Below are positions 38,381-48,769 of a stretch of DNA of 64,000 nucleotides, in pieces; position 1 is the first letter of the stretch, and each line of letters begins with the position of its first letter. The DNA is from an uncultured virus (IMG/VR IMGVR_UViG_3300005782_000717) (Duplodnaviria; Heunggongvirae; Uroviricota; Caudoviricetes): IMG/VR virus record IMGVR_UViG_3300005782_000717, one strand, 5' to 3'. The translations under genes were made by a program, and so were the position numbers. The notes under the pieces are model-generated. The model saw nothing but the letters and a program-made list of their open reading frames with translations, was not told the origin of the DNA and did not search any database.

Positions 38381-38848
38381 TTAGGCCGCGACTACTGCAG
38401 CTCCCTCATCGATGGGGACCCACTTGAGGGTCCACTTGATTGAGCCCGCATCGAGAATGTTATTTAGCAGTTCAATAGTCCCTTCCTGGACGATGACCCC
38501 CATGGTCTGGGCCTCCACCACACCGGAAGTTGCCGGTGGTAACATGGCGTCGGTGTTAACCCCGGTGATGCCCAGCAGGTCCCCTATGACGTAAGCTGTG
38601 ACAAGAAGGCCACCACACATGGCACGAGTAGTACCTGTTTCCGGGTCGGCCTGGAGACTGATAGTGAGTGCACCAACCGGTGCTATAGTAACCTCACCCA
38701 GGATCTGGGTGACGAGGATACGGCCACCGGTGATCGTAAACAAGTCATAGGTTACGCCGGTCATCGTCGCGGTTCCCCTCTCGGTTGTCTGGCCGAGTTG
38801 CCTACGACCCAACCACAGGTCCCTAATCCATCTAAATACTGCTCCCAT
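38381..38848 (-). CDS. Beta-rich virion protein, paralogue 1 of 3
   Basis: LFTITGGRILVTQILGE...TDAMLP...WTLKWVPI. Confidence 0.7.
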   Translation of the reverse strand: MGAVFRWIRDLWLGRRQLGQTTERGTATMTGVTYDLFTITGGRILVTQILGEVTIAPVGALTISLQADPETGTTRAMCGGLLVTAYVIGDLLGITGVNTDAMLPPATSGVVEAQTMGVIVQEGTIELLNNILDAGSIKWTLKWVPIDEGAAVVAA

Positions 38849-38951
38849 ATCTCTAACACCTCCTCGTATTAGGTCTCAGCCACCAATTTCTTGGTGCTGG
38901 CTCGGCATTAAGCAAGATTTCAATGCCGGTATCTGGGATTATCTATCCTAA

Positions 38952-39728
38952 TTAGCTGGTGGCCAGAGTCCTCAGATTCGAAGCCATCTTCACCCAGAGC
39001 CCGATTGGCCTCAGCTCATCGATGCCCGCCCGGTAGTAGTTAACCGTAACCAGGGCCGTCTCCTTGGGGTAGATGAACAGCGGCTGCTTCAGCTCGACGA
39101 TGGAGTCGCCGATGAACGGGTTGGCCAGCTCAAAGTCGAGGTTCTGGATGTTGTAGAGCTGGGACAAATAGGTAATCTGGGTGGTGTCAACGCACAGTGC
39201 CGCCGCCGGGTTGGCAAATCCGAGGAGCGCAATGCCCTCCTCGTCGGCCATCGGTAACGCCTCACCATGGGCGACAGCGCCAGTTCCCCTCTCGATGAAG
39301 TTTGGTGCTGCCGCGGCGACATGAGCCGCGGCAATTGGCCTTATCCAGCTTGCTCTAGCTGTTGGCCATGCGGCTACATCCGGGTCCTGAAACTGCTCCG
39401 CTCTCAAGAGGATGGCATCCAACTGCCTGCCTGCACCGACCGAGCCCTTAAAGCCTGAGGCACTCTCGGTATTGATCACTCGGATGAGGCCCGCCATGAC
39501 CGCTGCGTTTTTGGTGAACAGGGATTGAACCAGGGGGTTCTGGAGCTTGAGGGCGATGTCGAGCTCATCGGCGAATATCTTGAGGTCAAGGTAGTCAATC
39601 TCCGCCATCTTGTGCTCTCTTACCTCGCCATTGGGCAGGACGGTCTTGAGCATCTGCTCCTCAATCCGTCCGGTCTCCTTGTAAAGGCCAGCGGCCTTTA
39701 GTGCTTCTACGACTGATGTGTTTGCCAT
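38952..39728 (-). CDS. Candidate major capsid protein (possibly jelly-roll)
   Basis: Near the head of the virion operon, biased codons, helical N-terminus plus beta-rich C-terminus; fold not verified. Confidence 0.4.
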   Translation of the reverse strand: MANTSVVEALKAAGLYKETGRIEEQMLKTVLPNGEVREHKMAEIDYLDLKIFADELDIALKLQNPLVQSLFTKNAAVMAGLIRVINTESASGFKGSVGAGRQLDAILLRAEQFQDPDVAAWPTARASWIRPIAAAHVAAAAPNFIERGTGAVAHGEALPMADEEGIALLGFANPAAALCVDTTQITYLSQLYNIQNLDFELANPFIGDSIVELKQPLFIYPKETALVTVNYYRAGIDELRPIGLWVKMASNLRTLATS

Positions 39729-39729
39729 C

Positions 39730-40065
39730 TTACATTCCCCTCCTTGATATTACTTCTGGGAGAACCCCAACAACGGGAGACGGGATAACCACCCTTTTCG
39801 TCCCTGTGGGTGCTGGTGTCACCGTGACCCCGGTGACGAAGGGCTGCAGCCCGAGTCCCCTTAGCCCTGCTGGCGCTTCAGGAATGGTGGGCGGCGCCGG
39901 GAGATCAGGGATTTCTATGGGGAAGTCGGGTATGGCCGGGATCTTACCGGCTGTATCCGCCAGCATGGTAGAAATCTTCGGTGCCCCCTCAGGTAGCTTG
40001 GCCTCTATCGCCGCCGGGAATTTTGTTGCATCCAGCAATAAGTCCTTTGGATTCTTGATAGGCAT
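39730..40065 (-). CDS. Pro-rich small protein
   Basis: RBS AGGAGGT; operon position. Confidence 0.6.
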   Translation of the reverse strand: MPIKNPKDLLLDATKFPAAIEAKLPEGAPKISTMLADTAGKIPAIPDFPIEIPDLPAPPTIPEAPAGLRGLGLQPFVTGVTVTPAPTGTKRVVIPSPVVGVLPEVISRRGM

Positions 40066-40079
40066 AACCTATACCTCCT

Positions 40080-40391
40080 TTAGCCGGTTACCCGTTTGAT
40101 TTGTGACTTGATACCCTCAAAGGTGTCCATGATTCCTGTTCCGACGCCTTCAGCCATGCCCAGCCCAGCCTTGACCGTCTGGCCAACGGCCTTCACCGCG
40201 ACATCAGCTATCACTGCCGGGTCATCGGGCATGCGGGCCTTAAAGTCTTCCATGTTGGCCTTTACCTCACCGGCATAGGTGTCAGCCACACTGGCCACAT
40301 TCTGGGCCACCCGGGCTGGGCCCTCGGCTAGCTCAATAGCGCCATCGGCTACACTATCGACCAGTTCCTTTGGATCAGGCAGTTTTACCAT
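40080..40391 (-). CDS. Amphipathic helical small protein
   Basis: RBS GGAGGA; Ala/Val-rich helices. Confidence 0.55.
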   Translation of the reverse strand: MVKLPDPKELVDSVADGAIELAEGPARVAQNVASVADTYAGEVKANMEDFKARMPDDPAVIADVAVKAVGQTVKAGLGMAEGVGTGIMDTFEGIKSQIKRVTG

Positions 40392-40510
40392 CTCATCCTC
40401 CCTTGGGGGGGGGAGCAACCTTCTCAAAAAGGCAGGGGGCGCACCCTCACCTTCTCTCGAAGGTTGCGCCCCCGTTTTATTTTCATTCCCCGCCAGGGGA
40501 GGCGGTGCAA

Positions 40511-40638
40511 CTCTGGAATAACGGAGGCGGGTAGCCCCAAGATTACTCCAGGGTTGCTACCCGCCCCTTGTATCTATATAATGTAATAAGTTTTCGCTTT
40601 TGTCAAGTCCTCCTTACAGGCAGGATTATCGGTGGCGG
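40511..40638 (-). promoter_or_regulatory. Promoter plus structured leader, copy 1 of a 128-bp duplication
   Basis: TTGACA-17-CATTAT, then GGGGCGGGTAGC...GCTACCCGCC hairpin; near-identical to 59893-60020. Confidence 0.7.
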
Positions 40639-41283
40639 CGGAAGTATCCGGAAAGGCAAGGCTAATCCCGGTCTTGCCCTTATCCTGGCCCCCGGGTCGC
40701 CCAGCAGCACAGCATTATCACGGTTAAACTCCAAGCAGGCCTTTATCAGCTCATCATCTTCGGCTAAGGCATTCCTTGTATAGCCTTCGAGCTCAATGTC
40801 CAAGGCCTCCCTAGCCGTCTTGCCATCGAGCAGGGCGTTTAGCCCGTCAATTACCGGCATTAGGCAGGTGGCGGCCATTGCGTCGGCCCAGGGGGTTGAG
40901 GCTAAATCAGCATCGCATACCCAGAGGTAGTCATCGGTATAACCGAGGTAGGCAACACAGCCATTGGCAACAAGGTCAGGGCCGAGCTCAACTCCAGTCT
41001 GGCATGACAGGAGCTTTACCACCTTGCCTTCTACTTCCCTCGGGTCATACTGGCCGACCTGCAGAATTATAACCTCATTCTGGCCAGTAAAGATGGCCTC
41101 TTCGCCATGACCCATGCCGATGATTACGTCGGACCTTGGAGCTGATAGCTGAAAGGGCAGCCTACGGTCAATCATCCCATAGAGGGGAGCTGGCCCCAGA
41201 CGAGGCAAAATATATCTCAGGAGGAACCCCGACGCGCTCCTGGTGGGCAAATCGAAGTCGGCCATGCAAATTGTTGCCGGCAT
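40603..41283 (-). CDS. Clan CD (caspase-fold) cysteine protease, paralogue of 22961-23635
   Basis: IIGMGHG...VKLLSC; YLGY; RDNAVLLGD. Confidence 0.65.
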   Translation of the reverse strand: MPATICMADFDLPTRSASGFLLRYILPRLGPAPLYGMIDRRLPFQLSAPRSDVIIGMGHGEEAIFTGQNEVIILQVGQYDPREVEGKVVKLLSCQTGVELGPDLVANGCVAYLGYTDDYLWVCDADLASTPWADAMAATCLMPVIDGLNALLDGKTAREALDIELEGYTRNALAEDDELIKACLEFNRDNAVLLGDPGARIRARPGLALPFRILPPPPIILPVRRT

Positions 41284-41555
41284 TTACTTACCCCCTGTAG
41301 CCCTTTTCATCAGCTCGAAGAACTCCGGGCTTTTCTCCAGCTCTTCGGCGATCTGGTCCACAGGTATGGCGTTCGGGTAGGCTTTGGCTGTGGTGGAGAG
41401 GTTTACCAGGGTGGGCCTCGAGCCGCCTTTACCCTCTCGCCTCCTGGCTTCCTGGTATCTTCTAAAGGCTTCGGCCGCAGCTGCTCTGTCGCCACGGCGC
41501 AGCGCCTCCTGGTATTTTTGCCATTCGTCTTTGCTGCTCATTCTTCCCCCCATTC

Positions 41556-44459
41556 TTAATGAGGCACGATTGTATTAATCGAAAACCGGAAGTCGTATCT
41601 CTCCCCCTGCTCAGGGTTGAATATCGGGCTGGTTCGCGAATAGGACCAGCCCTTGTCGGGATGCCACAGGGAGGCGTTGATACTCCCGCCCGGCATTACA
41701 TTATCGAATCTGATGGCGCTCGAGATGCCAACCCCAACGTCGGAGCCTATCCAGCTCCCGGTCCCGGGGTCGTAGTAATAAGCCGCCCAGTGGGTCGCAT
41801 CTGTCCATCCCGAGGGTAGGTTGGTAACATACACGTAAAAGTCGACAGGCGCTTTGACTGTTACAACATTATATTTCGTCGGCGTAAATACATCCGGCAG
41901 AGCGCCGGTGATCTTGGCGTAGAGGTCATAGACGCCGGCGCTTATGGCCGTGGATATGTATATCCGCGCCGTTGCGGTATAGGTCCTCCAGCTCGATGTT
42001 TCAGGCACAGAAATGCTCTCAGTGTCATAAACTATCTCATCGAACCCGAAGGCGCCGACATTGCCGAGGGCCGCCCGGAGGGTGCCGGAGTTAGCCGGCC
42101 CCTGGTACTCGAAAGAGCATATGACCTGGCAGTAATCGCCGGTCTGAACCTGGCTGTCATAGGAGGAGATCTTGAAGTTCCTTATCTCGGGGTTAGGAAC
42201 CGCGGCTACTACCTCGACCACGTTATACAAAAATGGCCCGATCAAGCTCGGAGCTCCGCCACCGATTTTGGCATACAGATCGTAAAAGCCGGCGCTCATG
42301 CCTGAGGTAGGTATAGACAAGGTGAAGGAATATTTGGTCCAGGTCATCGACTGCGGTATGGAGACGTAGTCCTGGTCGTATTTCACCTCATCGAACCCGA
42401 AAGCCCCGACATTGCCGAGGGCCGCCCGGAGGGTGCCACTGCAGGCCTTTCCTATATACTCAAACTCGACTGTGACAGCACAGTAGTCGCCCATATCCAC
42501 TATTCTGTCATAGTCGATAATCTGGAGATTCCTGACGTCCTGGCTCGGCACTCCAACGGTAATGTTAATCACGCTCTCAAGGATCGGGCTGATGATATCA
42601 GGCGTTACCCCATCGATCTTGGCGTAGAGGTCATAGGGGCTGCCGGCGGGGTCTATGGCGGAAGTGATGGAAATATCGACATAGCCAGTGTATGTCTGCC
42701 AGGAATCAGTTTCGGGTATTGATATTGTCCTTGAGCCGTGCAAGATTTCGTCGAAGACAGCCCAGCCACTGTTACCGATGGCGGCATATAGACTCTTACT
42801 AACACTCGGTCCCTGATAGTCAAATTCAACCATAACCCTACACTTGTCCCCTATCTCGAGCGGGCTGTCATAAGATGTGATCCGCAGGTTTCTAAATTCC
42901 GGCGTTATTGGAGGTCCGGCTACTGTGATGACGCTTTCAAGGACCGGGCTGATAACCCCGTCAACCTTGGCATAGAGGTCGTAGGGGCTGCCAGCCGGGT
43001 CAATAGCCAATGTTATCGGGATAGACACATCGCCCTCATACTCCGTCGGCGTCTGCGACTCCGGTATATTGATGGTCTTTGACCCATAGAGTATCTCGTC
43101 AAAGCCCGCCCAGCCATAGTTGCCGATCGCTGCGTAGAGGGTCTTGCTGATTGCCGGACCCTGGTAGGTAAAGCGCACCTGGACCTGACAGCTGCCCCCT
43201 GCATCAACCGGGGAGTCATAATTGATAATCTGCAGGTCGCTGAGCTGTGGCTCCTCAACTCCCACAATCTCAATAATATCATCTTTATAGTCGTAGAGGT
43301 CAGCGCCGGGAATATCAGTGAGCTTGGAGTAGAGGTCATAATCAACCCCGGGACTAATGGCTGTGGCAATTGGAATAGTTACCTCAACATCATAGCCCAC
43401 CCAATCCTCGTTAGGGCCAAATGCCCCAAGGCTAACACTCTTAGCTAGTATCTCGTCAAAGCCGGCCCATCCCCTGGTGCCTATAGCGCTATGGATATCG
43501 GCAGTAGTATATCGGGGGCCTTTGTATTCAAAGTGGTGGGTAATAATCAGACTATCACCGATACTTAAAACAGCAGGGGCTGGTGTCCATCCAGTAATGC
43601 CGAAGTTTCTAAATTCCCCTCCAACGGGCACGCCAGTAATGGTTATGACGTCCTCCAGGAACTCGGTGAAGACATCGCCGCCGGTGATGCCCATGATCTT
43701 GCAGTATAGGCCGTAGTCACTCCCCGGGGAGATGGCCGAGGTTATAATGATATCGACGGACTCTTCAAACGGCTCCCAGTCGGCGGTCTGCGGCACGGAG
43801 AAGCTCTGCTCAGTGAAAAGGATCTCGTCATGGGGATCTATAACCCCCCTGTGCCAGATGGCGGCGTGGAACTTCCCGGTCACCGCCGGCCCCTTGTGGT
43901 TGTAGACGAGGTTCACACGGCACCGATCGCCAACGTCGAGCTCCAAAACGCCGGGTGGGGTGACCGGGGCACCGCCGTTCTTGCTGTAGGAGGCGATGCT
44001 GAAATCTTGAAACAGCTCTTCCTGTGGCGGCACCTCGCCGGCAACTATAAAGGTGGTCTCAAAGGTGGCTGCTGCCGGCGCCGGCGGGAGCACGATGGAA
44101 TCAATGGGGATAGTAGGTCCGGGGTACACCCGGACGCTCAGTGAAAACTCCCCCTCTCTCTGAAAACCGTTTGCAAAGGTTATCTCAAAGTTGCCGCCTA
44201 TGGCGATATCAGTCGCCCTTACCTCAGGGGAGCCCCAGATGGGTATTATTTCCTCCCACCAGGTTTCAGGATATGCGACAGTTGCAATTACCCAGAGAGG
44301 GCCGAAAAAGGGGATCTTCAGCAGGTCGATCTTACCCTTCACGGTGAAGGGCTCGTTCATTGTTGGAGTTTCGGGGGTAGAGATTATCTCTTTTAAGGAG
44401 AAAAGTAAATCCCCGCCACCGAACTCCGGTGCTTCAAAGAGTTTAGCTGGTCTTTGCAT
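41556..44459 (-). CDS. Large Ig-like repeat protein (about five ~120-aa repeats)
   Basis: F.Y.GP...LYAAIGN.G...FDEI...YDLYAKI repeats. Confidence 0.8.
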   Translation of the reverse strand: MQRPAKLFEAPEFGGGDLLFSLKEIISTPETPTMNEPFTVKGKIDLLKIPFFGPLWVIATVAYPETWWEEIIPIWGSPEVRATDIAIGGNFEITFANGFQREGEFSLSVRVYPGPTIPIDSIVLPPAPAAATFETTFIVAGEVPPQEELFQDFSIASYSKNGGAPVTPPGVLELDVGDRCRVNLVYNHKGPAVTGKFHAAIWHRGVIDPHDEILFTEQSFSVPQTADWEPFEESVDIIITSAISPGSDYGLYCKIMGITGGDVFTEFLEDVITITGVPVGGEFRNFGITGWTPAPAVLSIGDSLIITHHFEYKGPRYTTADIHSAIGTRGWAGFDEILAKSVSLGAFGPNEDWVGYDVEVTIPIATAISPGVDYDLYSKLTDIPGADLYDYKDDIIEIVGVEEPQLSDLQIINYDSPVDAGGSCQVQVRFTYQGPAISKTLYAAIGNYGWAGFDEILYGSKTINIPESQTPTEYEGDVSIPITLAIDPAGSPYDLYAKVDGVISPVLESVITVAGPPITPEFRNLRITSYDSPLEIGDKCRVMVEFDYQGPSVSKSLYAAIGNSGWAVFDEILHGSRTISIPETDSWQTYTGYVDISITSAIDPAGSPYDLYAKIDGVTPDIISPILESVINITVGVPSQDVRNLQIIDYDRIVDMGDYCAVTVEFEYIGKACSGTLRAALGNVGAFGFDEVKYDQDYVSIPQSMTWTKYSFTLSIPTSGMSAGFYDLYAKIGGGAPSLIGPFLYNVVEVVAAVPNPEIRNFKISSYDSQVQTGDYCQVICSFEYQGPANSGTLRAALGNVGAFGFDEIVYDTESISVPETSSWRTYTATARIYISTAISAGVYDLYAKITGALPDVFTPTKYNVVTVKAPVDFYVYVTNLPSGWTDATHWAAYYYDPGTGSWIGSDVGVGISSAIRFDNVMPGGSINASLWHPDKGWSYSRTSPIFNPEQGERYDFRFSINTIVPH

Positions 44460-44512
44460 AGCTAGCCTCCTTAAGCCAGTTTAACCCCAAATTATCAGGT
44501 TTGGCAAGCCTC

Positions 44513-46740
44513 TTACAACCCCAGGCTGTCTACAATATCCTGCACGCCCTTGCCGAGTCCCAAGGGCAGGTGTTTTATCACTCCCTCACCCCAACTTCTG
44601 GGGATAGGTACCCCAGGCCAGTGCTCGCGCATCCACTTCGAGACTGGATCCGGCCACTTCACCCCTCGTGGTAGAGGCGGCCCCTCGGTGACCCTATTTA
44701 GACCGAGCTGCTCTACCCTTGGTAGCTTCGGCAGTGTTATCTCATCTTTCATCCCACAGCCACCTGCGCCCTATCGGTCAGAATCTCGAAGGGGACTATC
44801 CCCACCCTTATTTCTACCACTGCCGGCTCTAAAGTGTTAAGGGTGAGTCTCCAGTCATCAACGCTGAACGTGCCGATGTGGTCCGTCTTCTCGATATAGT
44901 CAGCAGAAGAATTATATTCAGCCCTGACATATATCCCATAGAAAAGCGGCAGCGGCAAGCCATTCCTAACCGCAAGCAGGATATGCCTCTTATCGTCGGC
45001 TTCCTCAATCTTGAAGTCCCCGTAGAAGCGCAGTATCGGAAGGGGGGGGCTGGCCAGATATTCGGCAAGTTTTTCACCGAAGCTCTTGGGCCTGTCGGAT
45101 TCCTTCAGCAGGATCATCTCTCCACAATCCCGGCTAAAAATTTTGGCATCGGTGGGAGGAATTTACTCTTCAACAAACGCGGGGCCAGCACCGCATTTAT
45201 CTGGCCGCGCAACTTTGCCCCACCTACTGCCTCGGGCAAGGGTGGCGCCAGAATATTGACCAGCTTGGTGAATTGAGCTTCAAAATTAGGCCCAGGTTTA
45301 GGCACAAATAAGGGAAGCTCCACTCCAGCTAGCTGCACTGGCCCGATCTTCCGGGTAGATAAAAGTTTTAAGCTGTCTGCCATTTTTTACGGCAATCTGC
45401 GCCCGGCACCCCTCATCTTCACAATCGCCCATCTAGGCAGTGGCGGCTGGAACTTCCCGTCAGGACCTCTAGGGGAAGCTGGTAAATTTGCCCAGATTAT
45501 CTCTGGGAGTGTTTCCATTACCGGGCCAAGTCTCTTTCTCACCTCCGGTGGAAACTCACCAGCACCATAGATTTCCTGGTGCCTCTTCAACCTTTCTTCC
45601 TCTGTTCTCGGAACTCCGAATGGCATAATTCACCTCCTTATTTGCACAGCATGGCATGGCTAATTCTCCTTTATATCAAACCCATTTTCCTTAATGGGCT
45701 ATCTGGGTGGTCAGGTTCAACTTTACGACCATCGGGTAGAGTGATCACTCCTTCAAAACACATGTGCTTGAGGTCTCGCTCCGATGGTATTACTAGGGCA
45801 CCTTTTGCATTTAATATTGAGTATTTTGATGTAATAGAACTGATAGGAACGCATACAGGAACCTCTTGACCTTCAGAGGCAGCCTTAACCGCTTTTTCTC
45901 CGTATTCCTCGACAGCTTTCTTATAAGCATCTTCCTCCAGGAGGTCAACGGATGTTCCCCAAATTCCATCACCATACTCGTACGAGTAAACTTGGAATTT
46001 TGGGTCTTTATACACGACATCTATTTCACCCGTACGGTATTTACTCTTTCGAAGAACAGCTTGTATTGTATTGCAGCCACATGTTTCAGCCATTTCATCG
46101 CCTCGTCAATGATTGTAATAACTCTGGCTTCTCATACATAAACCTCGGAAGAGGGGGATAGGGCGGTGGCATGGGCAGTAAATCGCTAACCTCCAGCTCC
46201 GGCCCCGCCTTCTTAGCGAAGTCGTATGCGCTGTAGGTTATCACGCCGGCTAGTCCAGCTACTAGGAAAAGTAATAAGCCTGTCTCCGGGTCAAGCATCT
46301 CATTCCTCCCAAAAAAGAACGGGGCGCAACTTTCGATGCGCCCCCTTGGTTATTCTACTTTTAGTTTACTGCCAAACCAGTGCCTTGGCAAGCTTTAGCC
46401 GTCAGTGGTTGACCACTCACTCCTCCTTCAAGCTTGTTAAAAAGCCCATCAGCTCCTGCGGTGCACTTTTCATTATCTTCTCAACCCTCTTCAGCACTTT
46501 CTCCACTTTCTCCAGCTTGTCCATAGGTAGCGAGTTTATTTCTCTAATGAGTCCGATAACCTTGTCAAGCTCAGGTGCGCTCCGGGAAACCCTCTCAGCT
46601 ATAACCAGCACTTCCTTAATCAGCTTCAGACGCCTTTCGTCAGGCAGCTTATCGAGGGATTCAACCATTTTGGAAAGAGGAGGAAGCCCGAGTTTTCGTT
46701 CAGCCTCTCTGGCCGCTTCAACAAGTTTATCTAAAACCAT
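44513..46740 (-). other. Cluster of seven small ORFs, most of them Pro-rich (44513-44752, 44749-45117, 45114-45383, 45387-45626, 45671-46093, 46095-46298, 46417-46740)
   Basis: Tight coupling, RBSs, recurring PPLP motif. Confidence 0.6.
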
Positions 46741-46783
46741 GATAGCCTCCTTATTGAAATTCTAGACCCAAAAGGGGCGTTGG

Positions 46784-47710
46784 TCAATGCTGCAGCAGGC
46801 TGCTCCTGATGGTATCGTGGATAAACTCTCTGGTGATGGGGCAGCTCTCCAGGTCGCTGGGGAAGTCATCCCCTTCCAAATAGGGGGCGAAGGAGGAGGC
46901 TATCTTGGCAAACTGAGCCTCGATCAGGGTTGGCCTGAAATCAGGTTCAATCTTCATATCAATCATTATGAACTCCCCAGCCCACTCTACCAGCTGTCCC
47001 AGGGTCGGTGGATTGGGGTCGGTGAGCCAGAATGTCCCCTCTTTATCAATGTTCGCCATGGCCTCGGCCACCGCATCTACGGTGACCAGGTTGAGCTTGC
47101 CTTCGGGGTTGCCCTTGATTCTGAACACTGGTTCGATGACTGGTAGTCGCAAAGTACCCTCGAGATTCCTCCGGATAAGCTCCGCCCTCTGGTGAATTCT
47201 GACCACCAAGGAGATAAACTGGGAGAAGTGCCCCGGGTAGGGGTGTTCGGTGGTGCCCATAATTATCGATGGCTTGAATATGGTGGTCTTTAACCCCTGT
47301 CTTTCCCGGTATTTCCGAATATGCTCTTCGTTTGTTATCTTTGACCTCCCGTAGGGGTTGCGCTCCAGGGTGTAGGCCGTGGAGGCGAAGAAGACTCTGG
47401 GGATGTCATGGCGCACGCAGAAGTCGAGCACGTTCTGGGTACCGTCCACATTGGTACTCTTTATCGAGCCATCTTTATCCTCCTGGCGAAGGCTGTGAAT
47501 ACCAGCCAGATGGTAGATGGCATGAATATCCTTGGGCACTGTATCAAGGCCAAGGTTAGGCTCGGTAATATCCCCCACCAGAGGGATAAGATTTTTAGCC
47601 GAGGCAGGGGGATGGCGTGAGAGAGAGTAAATACGATGGCCTTTCTTTAGTAAGCGCCGAGTAAGTACACTTCCTACAAATCCTGAACCGCCAGTTACCA
47701 AGATAGCCAT
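46784..47710 (-). CDS. Extended SDR / thioester-reductase-like NAD(P)-dependent enzyme
   Basis: LVTGGSGFVG, GDIT, HLAG, NVDGT, YGRSK. Confidence 0.85.
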   Translation of the reverse strand: MAILVTGGSGFVGSVLTRRLLKKGHRIYSLSRHPPASAKNLIPLVGDITEPNLGLDTVPKDIHAIYHLAGIHSLRQEDKDGSIKSTNVDGTQNVLDFCVRHDIPRVFFASTAYTLERNPYGRSKITNEEHIRKYRERQGLKTTIFKPSIIMGTTEHPYPGHFSQFISLVVRIHQRAELIRRNLEGTLRLPVIEPVFRIKGNPEGKLNLVTVDAVAEAMANIDKEGTFWLTDPNPPTLGQLVEWAGEFIMIDMKIEPDFRPTLIEAQFAKIASSFAPYLEGDDFPSDLESCPITREFIHDTIRSSLLQH

Positions 47711-47724
47711 GGTACCTCCTTGTC

Positions 47725-48768
47725 TCACTCTCCAAAGCGAAGAAGGGTTGCCCCTCCGGTCATTCCCGGTCCGACGCTCATCATTAGGCAATACCCCTTT
47801 GGATCCTCCTCTTTAAGCATCAGTCTTTTCCCAGTTATCCCCACTGAAGTGCTGGAGGTGTTGCCGAACAGCCGCAATGTTTCCCGTGACAGTGTCACTT
47901 GACTTTCGTCTAAGCCTAAGCTGTCCCTTATCCTGTCCAGTACCGAACCTCCCGCTCCATGTATAACCCAGTTCTCGATATCCTTAATCTTCAGCTTATT
48001 TCGCTCCAGCAACCGGCTGACAGCCACACCGGTAACCTCTGCAGCCAGATCGGGGATACCTCGCGACAGCAATACCCTCAGCCTACCGTCCCTCCAGACA
48101 TAGCCCAGCGCATAGAGATAATCGGTGTTGGTGTATGTCTCGGAGTCAATGATGTAAGGATGTCGGGGGTCATCGTCATAGCCTACTAGCCCCGCCGTGG
48201 CTGCGTCAGCAAAGATGGCATTGCTGCGCAGGAGCTCGTAGTGGTTCTCAGGGTCGGGCTTGCCATCCAGCTCAGGGAAATAGGAGCAAGAGGCCAGTTC
48301 ACATGTCACCACCAGCGATGCCTCTTTGGTGGTCGAAGTAAAGTCGAAAGCTCTCTTTATTCCGGGGAATCCTGCCTCGCAGCCCTGGGAGGCGATATTA
48401 GTGTGATAGACATCCCGGGACATGCTCAATTCCTTAGCAAGGAAGTGCCCTATGGTCGGGCCAGGCGCAAAACCAGTGCAACTTGCGAAAACTAAGCACT
48501 TGATGGCTTCGGGATGCCTCCCATCCAGGCATCTGAGGGCAGCCTTTTTAGATAGCTCCACTGCTCCCCTCATGTACTCCTCTTGCTGCTCCTGAAAGCT
48601 GAGTTGCCTGATTCTGGAAAGCGGAACCCAGAAGTGGCGTTTCTCAATCCCGCTGTCTCGATAGAGCTTCCAGAAGGGCTTGGGGTATTTGAGAGTGTCA
48701 AAGACCTCTCTCTGAGTCACCGCCTGTTCCGGCACGGCGTAGCCTAAACTGATAAGTTTTGGCCTCAC
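47725..48768 (-). CDS. Type III polyketide synthase (chalcone-synthase-like)
   Basis: Cys-His-Asn triad: QGCEAG, WVIHGAG, FGNTSS; GPGMT. Confidence 0.9.
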   Translation of the reverse strand: MRPKLISLGYAVPEQAVTQREVFDTLKYPKPFWKLYRDSGIEKRHFWVPLSRIRQLSFQEQQEEYMRGAVELSKKAALRCLDGRHPEAIKCLVFASCTGFAPGPTIGHFLAKELSMSRDVYHTNIASQGCEAGFPGIKRAFDFTSTTKEASLVVTCELASCSYFPELDGKPDPENHYELLRSNAIFADAATAGLVGYDDDPRHPYIIDSETYTNTDYLYALGYVWRDGRLRVLLSRGIPDLAAEVTGVAVSRLLERNKLKIKDIENWVIHGAGGSVLDRIRDSLGLDESQVTLSRETLRLFGNTSSTSVGITGKRLMLKEEDPKGYCLMMSVGPGMTGGATLLRFGE

Positions 48769-48769
48769 T

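Noticed and set aside
40527..40536. 10-nt contiguous complement to concatenated NN of tract 1 (ggctacccgc)
   Set aside because: Short, does not extend, and is not the gapped geometry expected; plausible by chance
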